Positions 37,803-49,832 of a stretch of DNA of 64,000 bases are shown one piece after another (the first letter of the stretch is position 1; every line of letters begins with the position of its first letter). Position numbers and translations under genes: made by a program. The stretch spans positions 124,001-188,000 of the forward strand of contig NW_015168689.1 of the NCBI RefSeq assembly GCF_001447785.1, written 5' to 3'. The notes under the pieces are model-generated. The model was not told the DNA's origin and searched no databases. It saw only the letters and a program-made list of their open reading frames with translations. Origin of the DNA: Gekko japonicus. Lineage: Eukaryota.

Positions 37803-38092
37803 ATATCAAGTGTAATTTTTGTGAAGTTTTCAACATCCCCAGTTACTTGCAATTCTAAACAGCAGGCAGCCTGAGTTATGTTTTTTCTCAACATCAAAAC
37901 AATGGTGTGAGTCTATTCACAGCAAACAGAACTTGTGCACATGCAATCAAGTAGTATTATCGAGTTATATAAAAATAGACATTTGAAAGCAGCTCATTTG
38001 TCATTTGAGTCATTTACTGTCAGAATTAAAGCTGGTCATATTACTAATTCATCCTGATAGTCATTTCTACCAGTTTCACTGGGAAAAGCATA

Positions 38093-38440
38093 AGGTAAAG
38101 GTTCCCTTGCTCGAAAGCCAGTCGAATCCGACTCTTGGGTTCCGGTGCTCATCGCCGTTTCAAAGCCAAAGAGCCAGCGCTGTCTGAAGATATTTCCATG
38201 GTCATGTGGCCGGCATGACTAAACACCAAGGTGCACAGAACACTGTTACCTTCCCACTGAAGTGGTACCTATTTATCTACTTGCAATTTCTTGCTTTCGA
38301 ACTGCTAGGTTGGCAGGAGCTGGAACTAGAGACCGGAGCTCACTCCGTCATGCGGCACACTCGGGTCTCGATCTGCTGAACTACTGACCTTCCACAGCCT
38401 GCAATTCAGCGTCTTAACCACTTGAGCCACCGCAGCTCCG
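38093..38440 (-). mobile_element. Full-length Sauria SINE with 12-bp TSD
   Basis: aggtaaaggt tail, gtcatgtggccggcatgact core and tRNA-like head. TSD GGGAAAAGCATA at 38081-38092 and 38441-38452. Confidence 0.9.
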
Positions 38441-38558
38441 GGGAAAAGCATATATCCCTGTAAATAAGTCTTTACCTCTGAACTCAAGGGAACAAAATTC
38501 TTATGGGTTGTTTCCTTCAACCAAGAAAGCTTCCTGCCCAATTTTCAGGCAGGTAGGA

Positions 38559-40527
38559 TGAAATATACTGGGTTCAGACGTGTAGAGTGATTAGCTCATG
38601 TTTATTAAGTGGTTTCAGCTCCAAAACTAAGACAAACTTGCAGGGTCAGAGCCCTGCTTATATTCATGAAACACCCCACACCCAGCACACACCCCACACC
38701 CCACAATAGGCCATTTACAGAGTATTGTTTACCAATTCGCTACTACTAGGATCCGGATCTATCTATTGGCTCATTCTAGGATCCAAGCCTTCTATTGTGA
38801 TGCGCTCCAAGCTATGCTATTTTGCATGTTTGCTTGCAAGCCCTTTCACAAGTACGGTTCCGTCGCAATACAGAACACCCCTCCCCCCAAGGTTTAGACA
38901 CTCTCAGCAGATTTAAAGTCTTTTAAATAAGCGGGGCGGCACTGCTTGCGGGATGAGCGGCGTGGCTCTGCTGGTGGGGTCGAGGGTTCACGGGCCGCGT
39001 CGGCGGTCAGTCCCACCGAGGAATTGGGGACCAGAGGTGGTGTTGGCACCAAGTCAGGGCCCTCAGCAATGGCTGGCTCTGGCAGAACGTTCCGCTGGCT
39101 GTCTCTGATGGCTGTTCCCTGGCGGCCAGCTGCTCACTTCTAGTAGGCGAGTTCTCCATGGGTTCCGGTGTTCCAAGACTTGGTAGGTCCTCTTCACTGT
39201 CCTCTGGCTGGGACGCAGTTGACCTGGGTTCAGCAGGGAGGAGGTGGCTGCAGAGCTGGTCGATGTGCCAACGGAGCAGCTGTCCTTCTTCCGTGGCAAC
39301 TTCATAAGATTAAAACATATGCACCCGAGCTATAATTCGATATGCTTGAAAGGATGTGGTGGTCCTGTTCCGAGATACAATCTTTCTGGGTACAGATACT
39401 GGAGGAAACCAATAAAATAACAGGCCAAAACATCCCGTTAGAGCTGGCTATTATATTATTAAACTGGTGCAGGGCACTTGAGTGGGTCACTCCGGCGGTG
39501 GCAGAATGCCATGAGTCACAGTGAGCTGGGCGACAGACCTGGTGCACTTCATCTGCATCTGAGACGTTGGAGACCGGGGAGGCTGAGGCCTGATGTGTGG
39601 TGTGGCCCCAGCGGTCGCGTTGAGATTTTTCAAAAGCTGTGGCCTCTTGCATTGCTTTTTCTAGAGTCAGCTCCACGTGGCTGATGAGCTTACGGCGGAG
39701 CTTCTGTTCCCTGATGCCCGCAACAAATTGGTTAAGGAGGGCGTCTCCTAGGTCATGGAATACACAGTGGATGGCCAGCCTGCGGAGTTTGACCATGAGG
39801 TCGGTGGCTGTTTCTTTGGACTTCTGGCGCACAAAGAAGTCCATGCACCTCGCCATCTTGGTTGGTTGAGGTGTGAAATGGTTGGTGAGTGCCTTGACCA
39901 ACTTATCGTAGGTGGCCTCATCCAAGGTCTTGTGTGCGATGAGGCTCTGGATGAGGCATAAGGTGGCGATGCCACAGGCGCTGTGCAGGAGCGACTTCTT
40001 TTTGTCGGCATCAGCGATGTCCTGGAACCTGATGAAGAATTTTAGGCACTCCACCCAGGTTTCCCATAGCTCGGGGTGAGCAGAGTCGAACTCAGGAAGA
40101 TGTCCCAGAGCAGCAGCCATGACCCTGGAAGCGATGTGAGGAATGAAGGGCTGGGGTTTGTTGTGCGGGGGTTTGTTGCGCGGTGCGGTGCTGGTGCCGG
40201 AGGTCAGGTCAGGCTCGCTCATCGGGATCCCACCTTCGTTGCCAGTGAAATATACTGGGTTAAGACATGTAGAGTGATTAGCTCATGTTTATTAAGTGGT
40301 TTCAGCTCCAAAACTAAGACAAACATGCAGGGTCAGTGCCCTGCTTATATTCATGAAACACCCCACACCCAGCACACACCCCACACCCCACAATAGGCTA
40401 TTTACAGAGTATTGTTTACCAATTCGCTACTACTAGGATCCGGATCTATCTATTGGCTCATTCTAAGATCCAAGCCTTCTATTGTGATGTACTCCAAGCT
40501 ACGCTATTTCGCATGTTCGCTTGCAAG
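38559..40527 (-). mobile_element. Internally deleted Gypsy LTR retrotransposon (LTR-PBS-gag-[L1 piece]-IN tail-PPT-LTR)
   Basis: Direct repeats at 38559-38877 and 40246-40527. PBS TGGCAACGAAGG next to 40245. PPT at 38878-38890. gag ORF (LPEFD..ELWETWVE..L.NHF.PQP..QFVAGI). Integrase tail GQLLRWHIDQL near 39250-39290. Confidence 0.93.
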
Positions 40528-40678
40528 TGTTTCCAAAATTTCAGCTGAGCAGGGATCTTTTGGGGCTGGAGCACGCCAGAGTGCTGCTCTGGCAGCTCAG
40601 GAGCTTGCGCTAATGGGGGTGACAGCGAGCCCCACCCCTAGCTCCCCGTGCCGAAAGCGCTGTGCTTCGGGGGAGGCT

Positions 40679-41285
40679 GGAGAGCCCTGCCGCCACATCT
40701 CCCGGGCCTACACAGGAGCACTGCGGCTTGGGGGACACCGGAGAGCCCCGTCGCCGCATCCCCTGGGCCTGTGCAGGAGCGCTGCGGCTTGGACACCAGG
40801 AAAGCCCCCTCTCCACATTCCCCAGGCCTGCGCAGGAGCATTGCGGCTCAGGGGAGGCCAGAGAACCCTACCGCTACATCTCCTGGGCCTGCACGGGAGC
40901 ACTGCAGCTCAAGGGACACCGGAGAGCCCCGTTGCCGCATCCCCCGGGCCTACGCAGGAGCGTTGCAGCTTGGGGGACGCCAGGAGAGCCCCCTCTCTGC
41001 ATCCCCCGGGCCTGCGCAGGAGCATTGCGGCTCAGAGGAGGCCAGAGAACCCTGCCGCCACATCCCCCGGGCCCGCACAGGAGCACGGCAGCTCGGGGGA
41101 GACCGGAGAGCCCTGCCACATTCCCCAGGCCTGCGCAAGAGCACTGCAGCTCAGGGGAGGCTGGGCCGCATCTCCTGGGCTCGGGGGACGCCAGGAGAGC
41201 CCCGTCCCTGTGTTCCCCAGGCCCGCGCAGGAGTGCTGTGGCTCAGGGGACACCAGGAGAGCCCCGCCATTGGCTTCCCCGGCCC
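40679..41285 (+). repeat. GC-rich ~61-bp minisatellite, about 10 units
   Basis: Unit ggagagccc...ggcctgcgcaggagcactgcggctc.gggga starts near 40679, 40740, 40799, 40860, 40921, 40983, 41045, 41105, 41194 and 41256. Confidence 0.9.
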
Positions 41286-41355
41286 CTGCCGAAGTGGTAA
41301 GTAAGGGATCCGCGGGGGTGGGGGTGGCAGGGGCTTGATGGGTGGTGGTGGGAGA

Positions 41356-41628
41356 GCCTCCCTCCCTCCCTCTATCTCTTTGCCATCTTTCCCTCCTTTC
41401 CTTTTCTTTCCCTCCTTTTCTTTCTCCTTCCCTTCTCTTCCTTCCCCTCTTTTCCTCCTTTCCTCCTTCTTCCCTTCTCGCTTTCTATCTTTCTTTCCTG
41501 CCTTCTTCTCTTCTCTTTTTTCCTCCTTTCCCTGTTTCCCTCCTTCTTCCCTTCTCTTTCTTTCCCTCTTGCATTCTTTCTTTCCTTCTCTCTACTCTCT
41601 CTCTTTCCTTCCCTCTTTCCTCCTTCTG
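41356..41628 (+). repeat. Polypyrimidine low-complexity tract
   Basis: Almost exclusively C/T. Confidence 0.95.
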
Positions 41629-42967
41629 TGGCCCAACTCTAGTGAGAAGAGGGTTAAACTTTAAACCCCTTCTCTCTTTGCTCCCCCCCAGGCCAGCTGA
41701 GGAAGGGAAGGGGTGGCTTTTGAAGATGCCTCCCCCCTTTTGCTTCCCCTTCTGACATCACTTCCGGTTATGTCAGGGGGCATGGCATATGCTAATAGCC
41801 TAGTAGCTCATTAGCATATCATATGCTAATGAACTCCTGCAGCTCTTTTTCTACTAAAAGACCCCTGCAGCTGAGTATTGCTTGAGTTGGATCTTGATTG
41901 GTACATTTCTGACTAAACATCTCTATGATGCACAGTTTCCATTTTGAATAAAAGCCAGCTTGATTAGGCATTCAGAGCAAGTCAGTTGCACCAATCCATA
42001 CTGCCCTTTGGGTGTATGTAATGCTATTTGTCTCTGGAAATGTGAGACATTGATTTTTTCCCCTATCTTACTCCCCTTCCCCATATAGGACTACAAACAG
42101 CTTTCTCCTATGGGCTTGTTCTTAATTTAAGGAAAGCCAGGATCCACCCTCAATAATCTTTACCATTGTGACTGTGATTCTGCTCCTCACTCCATATTTT
42201 AATCACTGCACTTCTTTTTTGTATTCTTACATCTTCTTCCCCGAGAGTAGTCTGCAGAGAATCTGACATGCATAGACTAAACACATAAATAATTTCAATT
42301 CCACAAGGGGGGGGGGAGCATTTGAGGCTGTGCATTTCTCAGGTGGATTAAATCAATCAGATCTAAACTGCAGAATTGTTACAAACCTGAAACAAATGCT
42401 TGGAAAGTGATACAAGAGAATTAAGCATTGTTAGTATTATTACTATTGATTAAACAATTGCCTGGCTTTCCTTTGCTTTGGCATCCTGTTGCTTTGAAAA
42501 AGGCAATATAACTTTGAAAGCAGTAATACAATTCATTATTTGTCCATCTTCTCAATGATCCTCAAAGGTTTTCTAGGGAACTTGAAGTGCAGGAAAACAT
42601 ATAAATTGGATACCAAGAAAGTACTTGAGATGAAACAGAGGGCTTTCCCCAAGAGTACTGGGCAAAGTAAGGGTCAGATAAATTCTGTCTTAGCTTTGTT
42701 TACTGTGCCTTCCACAAATATTCTCGGATGCTCCTAAGTCAGGACATACAGATATTCCCCTTTTTCTTTTATTCACCTATGCCTCCTTGTGAGCCTTTTC
42801 ATTTCACCCATTTCCATCGTTAGTGTTTCTGATTTGCACATCCCTTTTGTGCCATTTTTAAACCATTTATATGCCACTTACTTATCTTATATTCTAATAG
42901 CAAAGTCCAGATATCTTTGGATACTTAAATCTGGTGACTAGAGCTGTGAACAGGCAAGACAGATCAT

Positions 42968-44307
42968 TCTATAAACTTGTAAAGGGCCCCAGGTTTGCAG
43001 AAAAATGTGAAAACTAAAAAATATATACTGGACAGCTTTAAAAAAAATCCAAAAATGATAAATGGAGCCCTTGCAGCTTTAAGGCAGTTGCTAGGCAACC
43101 ACAGCATTCCAATCCTGGCTCTGTCAGTAAAAGGCAAGGGGAGATCTTTTTCCAGCCCTATTTTGGGCTTTGATGGAGAACTCATTGGGGCCAGGCCTGC
43201 TAGGGTTGCCACTTCCATGTTGGGAAATTCCTGGAGATTTTGTGATGAAGTCTGAGGCGGGCAGGGTTTAGGGAGGGCAGAGGCCTCAGCATCGTATAAG
43301 GCCACAGAGTCCACCCTCCAAAGTAGCCATTTTCTCCAAGGGGAACAATGTCTGGAGTTCAGTTGTAATTCTGGGGGATCTCCCCAACTGGAGGTTGGTA
43401 ACCCTGGGCCTGGCAGCACCTTCTGGGTGACTTGATGCCACCTGACTTGTATGACTCAAGTAGACCTGGCTGCTTGCTACTGTTCAACAGCAGCCACCCC
43501 ATGAAAGCCAGTGAGGTGCTGCAGTTAAAGCTTCAGATTATGCTCTGTGCAACCCAGGTTCAGATCTCCATCTTGCTGTGGAAGCTGACTGGGTGATTTT
43601 GGACCATTCACATACTTTCAGCCTTACCTACCTCACAGGGTTGTTGTGTGGATAAAAAGAAGGAAAAGAGAATAATGTGAGCTGCTTTGGTCCCCACTGT
43701 GGATAAAGGTGGGGTATAAATGAAGTGAATAAAGAATAAACATAGCTGAAGATGGGAGGCAGATAAAAGGTAGGTTGGTGAATGGCTGAGAAGGAGAGAA
43801 TGAGGCAGGGAGAGGATATAGGGATTGCTAAGAGGAGGGAAAGTGGTTAGGAAATTCCTAGAAATTGGAGGGGAGCTGGGAGGTGGGAGGTTGAGGAGGG
43901 GAAGGATTGCAGGTGGGGCTTGGAGATCATCAGGAATTACAACTGATCTCCAGCTGACAGACATCAATTCCCCTGGAGAAAATGGCTGCTCTGGAGAGTG
44001 GACTCTATAGCATTATACCCTGCTGAGATTGCTTTCCTTCCCAAACCTTGCCCTCTAAAGACTCCGCCCCCAAATCACCAAGATTTTCCCAACCTAGAGC
44101 TGGCAACTCTAAGTAGTAACTGATCTTTGTAGTTGGAAGATCTGTTGTGATCCCAGGAGATCTCTAGGCCCCACCCAAAGGTTTGTAACCCTATAAGGAG
44201 AGAAAGAAACAGGAAAAGGATAGGGGACTTTCAGGAAAGTGAAAGAGGAAATAGTGGGGGAAGGGGAAATGAGATGCTTCCCACAAATAATTGCAGGTTC
44301 CTGCTTG
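42968..44307 (+). mobile_element. Non-autonomous Helitron-like element, copy B (apparently complete)
   Basis: 5' TCTATAAAC..TAAAGGG. 3' CpG-decayed hairpin cccacaa/ttgcagg, then CTTG|T at 44304-44308. Contains a MITE (43201-43406), a SINE (43510-43735) and further MITEs (43900-44195). Confidence 0.7.
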
Positions 44308-45586
44308 TATATAATTAATGCAAAAATCACGTTAGACATTGTATATGTTTAACAGGAAACATTAGGTAAAAGAAAAATTCTACCCACCCCCCCGATTTGA
44401 TTCACGCAGAGAAAATAAAGCAGGAATTTTGTGAGTCAAAACAGTGAAGTGTGAAATTTGGGAGCATTCCTCATCACAAGTGAATTAGCTTGAAGGGGGC
44501 CACATACATTTTGGGCACCACATAGCAATATGGCAGGTACTGTTTCGTTTTCTACAACAGAAGTATGGGAAGCAGGACAAAACATACCTCTGTGAAGTGG
44601 CTTTGCTTTCTTTGAAAGCCCTGCAGTTAGCTCCCATTGGAGCTGATGGAAGGACTAGTGATATGTATGGGGGCAGGGGTTGCAGATATATTTCCATTAG
44701 TTTCAGATGACAGGCAGGTGAGGCTATTGGTTTATATACCTTAATCAGACTAATGAAGGGCTGGCATGCAGCTACACTTGTTGAATCAGATCTTGTCATT
44801 TGTCTGTGTAGTATATCTATGCTGTATACATGTGACCATCAACTTTTTAGGCTCAAGTTCTAACATGGGATCCTCTTTTAATTTTTTAATCGCATAATAT
44901 TTACCCTTACTGTGGCCAGAATTTAAAAGTCTATGAAGCTCCCCTTTATCCCCACAACCCCTCTGAAATATCACTCCTGAAGACTGTGAAACCATGGGGC
45001 AGCATTTGATGTGCAAGGGACTTCAAGTGCTCTTGGAATAATCATGGTGATTTCTGGTTCCTAGCCTGTATCTGTGTGCGCAGATCTGCCTTTTTATTTA
45101 CTCCTTCATGCCCATCTCCATTCTTCTCTTTCTGTCTTTCACATATGAACAGAGGTGAAGTGACCTTATGCTGAAACAGACCATCAGTCCTTCAAGGTCA
45201 GTGTTGTCTACTCAGACCAGCAGCAGCTCTTCAGGGTCTCAGTGGAGGTCTTTCACATCACCTGATTCTTTTACCTGGAGGTGCACAATTGAATCTGGGA
45301 CCTTCTGCATGCAAAGCAGAGGCTCTTCCACTGAGCCACAGACCCTTTCTCCTTCTCCCTCCTTTTCTCTTTTTGCTCTCCAGAAGATGTTTGCATTACC
45401 ATCAGTGCAACCCACATTAGAGTAGTCACAACCAAATGAAAAATAATGGTGTGGATGTTATTGTGCCATATGAAAGCACATTCCCTCTCCCCCATCCCAT
45501 TTGAAATGCAGTCTCATGATATTGTACTGCATATATGTGAATATTCCTAAGCCTTTGGACTGTCCCACAGTCTCCAGCTCATGGAA

Positions 45587-45690
45587 ATAGAATCATAGAG
45601 TTGGAAGGGACCTCCAGGGTTGGACTAGATGACTCTGGAGGTCCTGTCTAGCTCTATGGTTCTATGGTTCTATGATTCTATGATTCTATG
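45587..45690. mobile_element. Two CR1 3' tails joined in inverted orientation
   Basis: atagaatcatagagttggaagggacctcc is the inverse of ggaggtcc...ctctatg(a/g)ttctatg repeats. Confidence 0.75.
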
Positions 45691-48087
45691 AAACGCAGGT
45701 TTAGATAATTGTGGCGCAAGCAGAGAAGGCATCAAATTCTGTATTGTATCGCTTTGGCTTCATTCTTTTGTTCATTTTCTTTCTTTTTTTGCACTCAGAT
45801 TTCCCCTTGTAACTTGTGAAATGAGCAAAGCTTCCCATCTCACAAGGGTGTTGTGAAAAGAACATAACATTAAAAAAATTACTAAACACTACAGCACTAT
45901 AGCGATTCAGCACCTATAAAAATATGGAGAAAGAACTCTTTTATGACAAGTGCACCCGACTGGTGCCGCATGAATAATGCAAACTGATGAAGCAGAGGCA
46001 GCCACTCTCAAACGAATATTCAGATGATGGAAAGTTAAACCTTCTATATGGGAGTTGAAAAAAATTAAGATCAGCTCAACTACATACCAATATTTGGGAC
46101 TTCTGCTGAGAAGCTGGAATGCTCAATGCTGTACTGCTACGAAAGACACCATTTAACATCAATTTTGAGATTCAGACAATACAAGGCAAGAAATACACAA
46201 CATTTCTCAAGTGCGTGCTGGATGTAATTATCCCAAGGGCCATCAAAGGAAAATAGAAGCAAAAAATTATATACATTTCTGCAACAGCAACCTTGGAGTT
46301 TGAACTTGAATTCCGCATACATTGAAATGTCTTTTCACATAGCTCTGCTGGGTATCAAATGAACTTTATTTTGAGTGACAATCTGCTATTTTCTCCTCCA
46401 AATTTTCAGTCTAACTCTATTTCATGGTGTGTCGACTCCCTATATGATTGCTCCAATATTCAGGTGCAGAGAAGTAAATGTTTCATGAAAGTGGTGTCCC
46501 TGTCAGTAGTGTGCATATCATCTTGGCCCCCTGAGCTGTCAACGAACAGATTGTCGAATTACCATTAGAATACAGGAGCCCATCGCTGCAGGCAGTAAAT
46601 GGAGAGCCGGTAAGCATATGTCGGCAGCATGATATTTTAGCTTCGTATGAATTTGTAAAGTGGAAATAAGCCAGCAGTACTGCAGCAACTGCTAACTGTT
46701 CTGTCGGCCCATTTCTACATTACACCATATGTTTGTGAAATTTGCTGTACAAGGATTTTTTTATTTTTTTTAAACCCACTATATTTCTCATTTCTGATAC
46801 ACAGTGTTAGAAAATGGGTCTTGGAGTAACATTTCAGAACCCAAATCACATGTCAGTATCACTGGGGCATTAAAAAAAAAGAGTTCTTGAAGCCGTTTTG
46901 GAAGTCTCCTTTAAAAAGGCTAAGAAAAGGCATGGTCCATTTAGATATCTGTGTGGAAAAGGATACTTGAAGATGTGACAGTGAATGACTTCTTTCCCTT
47001 AATATTGGATACCATTTTGCCAGAATGCTATGAATTTGGGCCTTTGGGATGACTGAAGATTGCCATTCATTGTTACGTACTACCATGTTTGTTGAATTCC
47101 CCAGTACTAGAATCCTATTTAATTTATTGCTTTTAATTAAACTGAACAGCCTGTGATAAAAGGATGCTTTTATCCTAAGCACCAATCCCTAAGTCATAAA
47201 TATGCAGATTTTTCTTTTCCTGGCCTTTGCTGATACAAATTCCAAGTTTTAATATATGGTTAAAGTTAAGAGGAAGCAGTTGTCATGAGACCTTTTCACA
47301 CTGTAATGGAAAGTGAATCATATTAACATAAACAGGATTGATTATGGTTCTGACTGAGGCATTGTGACAGGAACACCTGCTGGTTTGGGGGAGGAGGAGT
47401 ACTATTGTACTGCCTCTCGATACAGGACACCTTGGCCTATTGAACGGTTTGAAAAAAATCCATCTAGCACTCCTTAGAGGAAAACGTAGGGCCAGTTGGC
47501 TGTGTTCTTCCTTTCTCTGCCAATCTTCCTGCTTATTTCACTTCCCTCCTCAGATGATACGTTCCTCATTCCAGAGGACACAACCAGCCTCATAACTCCA
47601 GGGCTTTTCTATCATAAAGACACACCAAAGGCATACAGAATGCTAATGCTGGCCTGGGTTGAATAGCAGATGGCAGTACAGTATGCCCCACTGTACTCAT
47701 TCCTAAAGAAGTGAGCTTCCCTAGAGACTGTGATTTTTCTCCCTGACCCATCACACCATGTACCTTGATCACAGTCCATTCATTTCCTAATCGGAGAATT
47801 TGGGGGGTGGGGGGTGGAATGTGTGATCACCTCTTTATATTTCAGGAGGAGGAATGTCAGGCCTGTAGCCATGCGTGGAGGGCTGACAAGGGTGATGCCC
47901 CCTTATGAACGTGCCCTGTCTCCTCACTAACCAGCCATGCTTTCTCCCCCCGCCCCCGCTTCTCAGCAAGGTGCGAGCCAAGCCAGAGCCTCCTGTGCGC
48001 AGGGGAGGCAGCCTGGAGGCAGGTGCTGGCAGCTACGTGCTGCTTCAGGTGCAGCCACCATGGAGAGAGGACAAAGGCTGTCCTGAG

Positions 48088-48293
48088 CAGTGTTCCCTCT
48101 AAGCTGAGTTAGTGTGAGCTAGCTCACAGTTCTTTAGCCTCCGGCTCACACGTTTTTGTCCTAGCTCAGGAAGGATGGCTCCAGAGCACACTAATTTATG
48201 CAGTAGCCAAATCGCTCGCTCACAACTTTCATGCCAGGAGCTCATAAAGTAGAATTTTTGCTCACAAGACTCCACAGCTTAGAAGGAGCATTG
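48088..48293. mobile_element. hAT MITE with 8-bp TSD
   Basis: CAGTGTTCCCTCTAAGCTG/CAGCTTAGAAGGAGCATTG. TSD GTCCTGAG at 48080-48087 and 48294-48301. Confidence 0.9.
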
Positions 48294-49832
48294 GTCCTGA
48301 GTTGCCTGCACAAGTAGGAGGCGCTTGACGAAATGCCCACATGGCTTGCCCAGGGAGGGGAAGCATGTCTCATCCCTCACTCCGCTTGCTGCTGGCTGAC
48401 CACAGCCCTGGGGAGCATGGGTGACGGGTGGCGTGTGCCCTTCCCTCCACTGCCAGAGGCAGCCAAGGCCTCCCTGCCTGGGTCTCTGGCAGTCCAGAGC
48501 TGCATCATTTGCCATCAGAAAGGAAGAGCCCCGAGTGAGTGACCAACCTCCTCCTGGCAGTGCAGCAGCAGGTTCCTCAGGAGGGCAGACCAGCCAGCAC
48601 GTCCCATCATCAGGCAAAAGCTGCATTTCACCCGCTCATTCCGGGGGGAAAGGGAGGTGGGCAGCGGCCACAGTCACTGAGAGGCAGTTCAACTTCCCCT
48701 GGTCAGGGAGGTACTCCAACCGATCATCTGAGTAGCACTTTTTGCAGCTCTACAAGAGATCTTGGGGATCTCTCTCTCTCTGTTTCACACACACACACAC
48801 ACACACCACACACACACACTCCTGCTATCTCTGTTGCAAACTCTCCTCCTCTCCGTCAGCCTCTTTCATTCTGTATCACCCCAGGCTGCTCCAAGGACAG
48901 TGCCGCCAGGGGAAGGGAGTCTGAGCCAGCTTCCTCGGGAGTCAGCTCCACTGTACCAAACTGCCCCTGAGTTGCCCTGCTAACAAAAATTTCTGGCTAT
49001 ATAACCTTCATATATTATTTTGAGAAATAATGCTTCCAAAGTGTATTTTCAGGGTCCCCCCCAATATATATATATCTGGGGTCACCTGAGATGGAAATCT
49101 TCCCTTTCAAATTTTAATTCTCCTTCCCTAGCTCAGCAGTTCTTGATGAATGAGCTTGCCAAATCCATGGTTCCAGCTCAATGGAAATGACAGAAATCAG
49201 CATTGTGCCTGCAGCAGAAATGTTCATTTCCATCTATACTTCATAGCCACAAACAGGGCTGCTGATGACCTTTTGTTTCCAACCTGAAGAGCTCAGCTGC
49301 ACCTTAGCATGCATTCTAAGAACGTTTCTCAGATACCGTGGGCTGACCATCTCATCAGTTTGGATGAAAAAAGTAAATTTTACATTCATCAGTTCTTAAG
49401 CTTCACTTATTACAATGTCCAAATTGCTTCTGAGCTGCATTTATGCCTTTTCTTGCTGAAAAGCCCCTCTCATGAGTCTGCTTCTTCTCCTTTTCATTTC
49501 ATAGTATTTTGTCACCTTCTTGAATCCTTTCCTTCCATACATTTCCCAGCCTCTTACTATGTCAGTGTGTCATATCTTTATAAATGCTTTTCATTGCACA
49601 AAAATTAGTCTGAATGTCAAAACAGACAAAATGTTAGAAGGCCAGGGAATTTTTTTAACTGGCACAAAGCCTCACTGAGAGGAATTCAGTTTGGGGCTGT
49701 GGGGATAGGTGCCAACTTTTCCCCTTCTGATGACATCTTACTGGTCTGTAATGCTTCCCCTGAACTGGCATTTGCCCTCCTGAGGGAGACAGATAAATTG
49801 CCTGTATGTTTACTGTTAGTCTCCTAAAGGTG

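Larger units (their letters stand above)
40550..41867. mobile_element. hAT non-autonomous element, 8-bp TSD, carrying a minisatellite and a CT tract
   Basis: TIRs CAGGGATCTTTT/AAAAGACCCCTG. TSD CAGCTGAG at 40542-40549 and 41868-41875. Confidence 0.9.

Noticed and set aside
40679-41285. CRISPR-like repeat array
   Set aside because: These are contiguous degenerate tandem units with no unique spacers, in eukaryotic DNA.
40412-41338. Long overlapping ORFs (308, 218 and 212 aa)
   Set aside because: They arise from a stop-poor GC minisatellite inside a hAT element and have no protein-like features.
49324-49358. Minus-strand CUGAUGA...GAAAC hammerhead-like motif
   Set aside because: No NUH triplet, no stem I, and stem II is misregistered, so probably chance.
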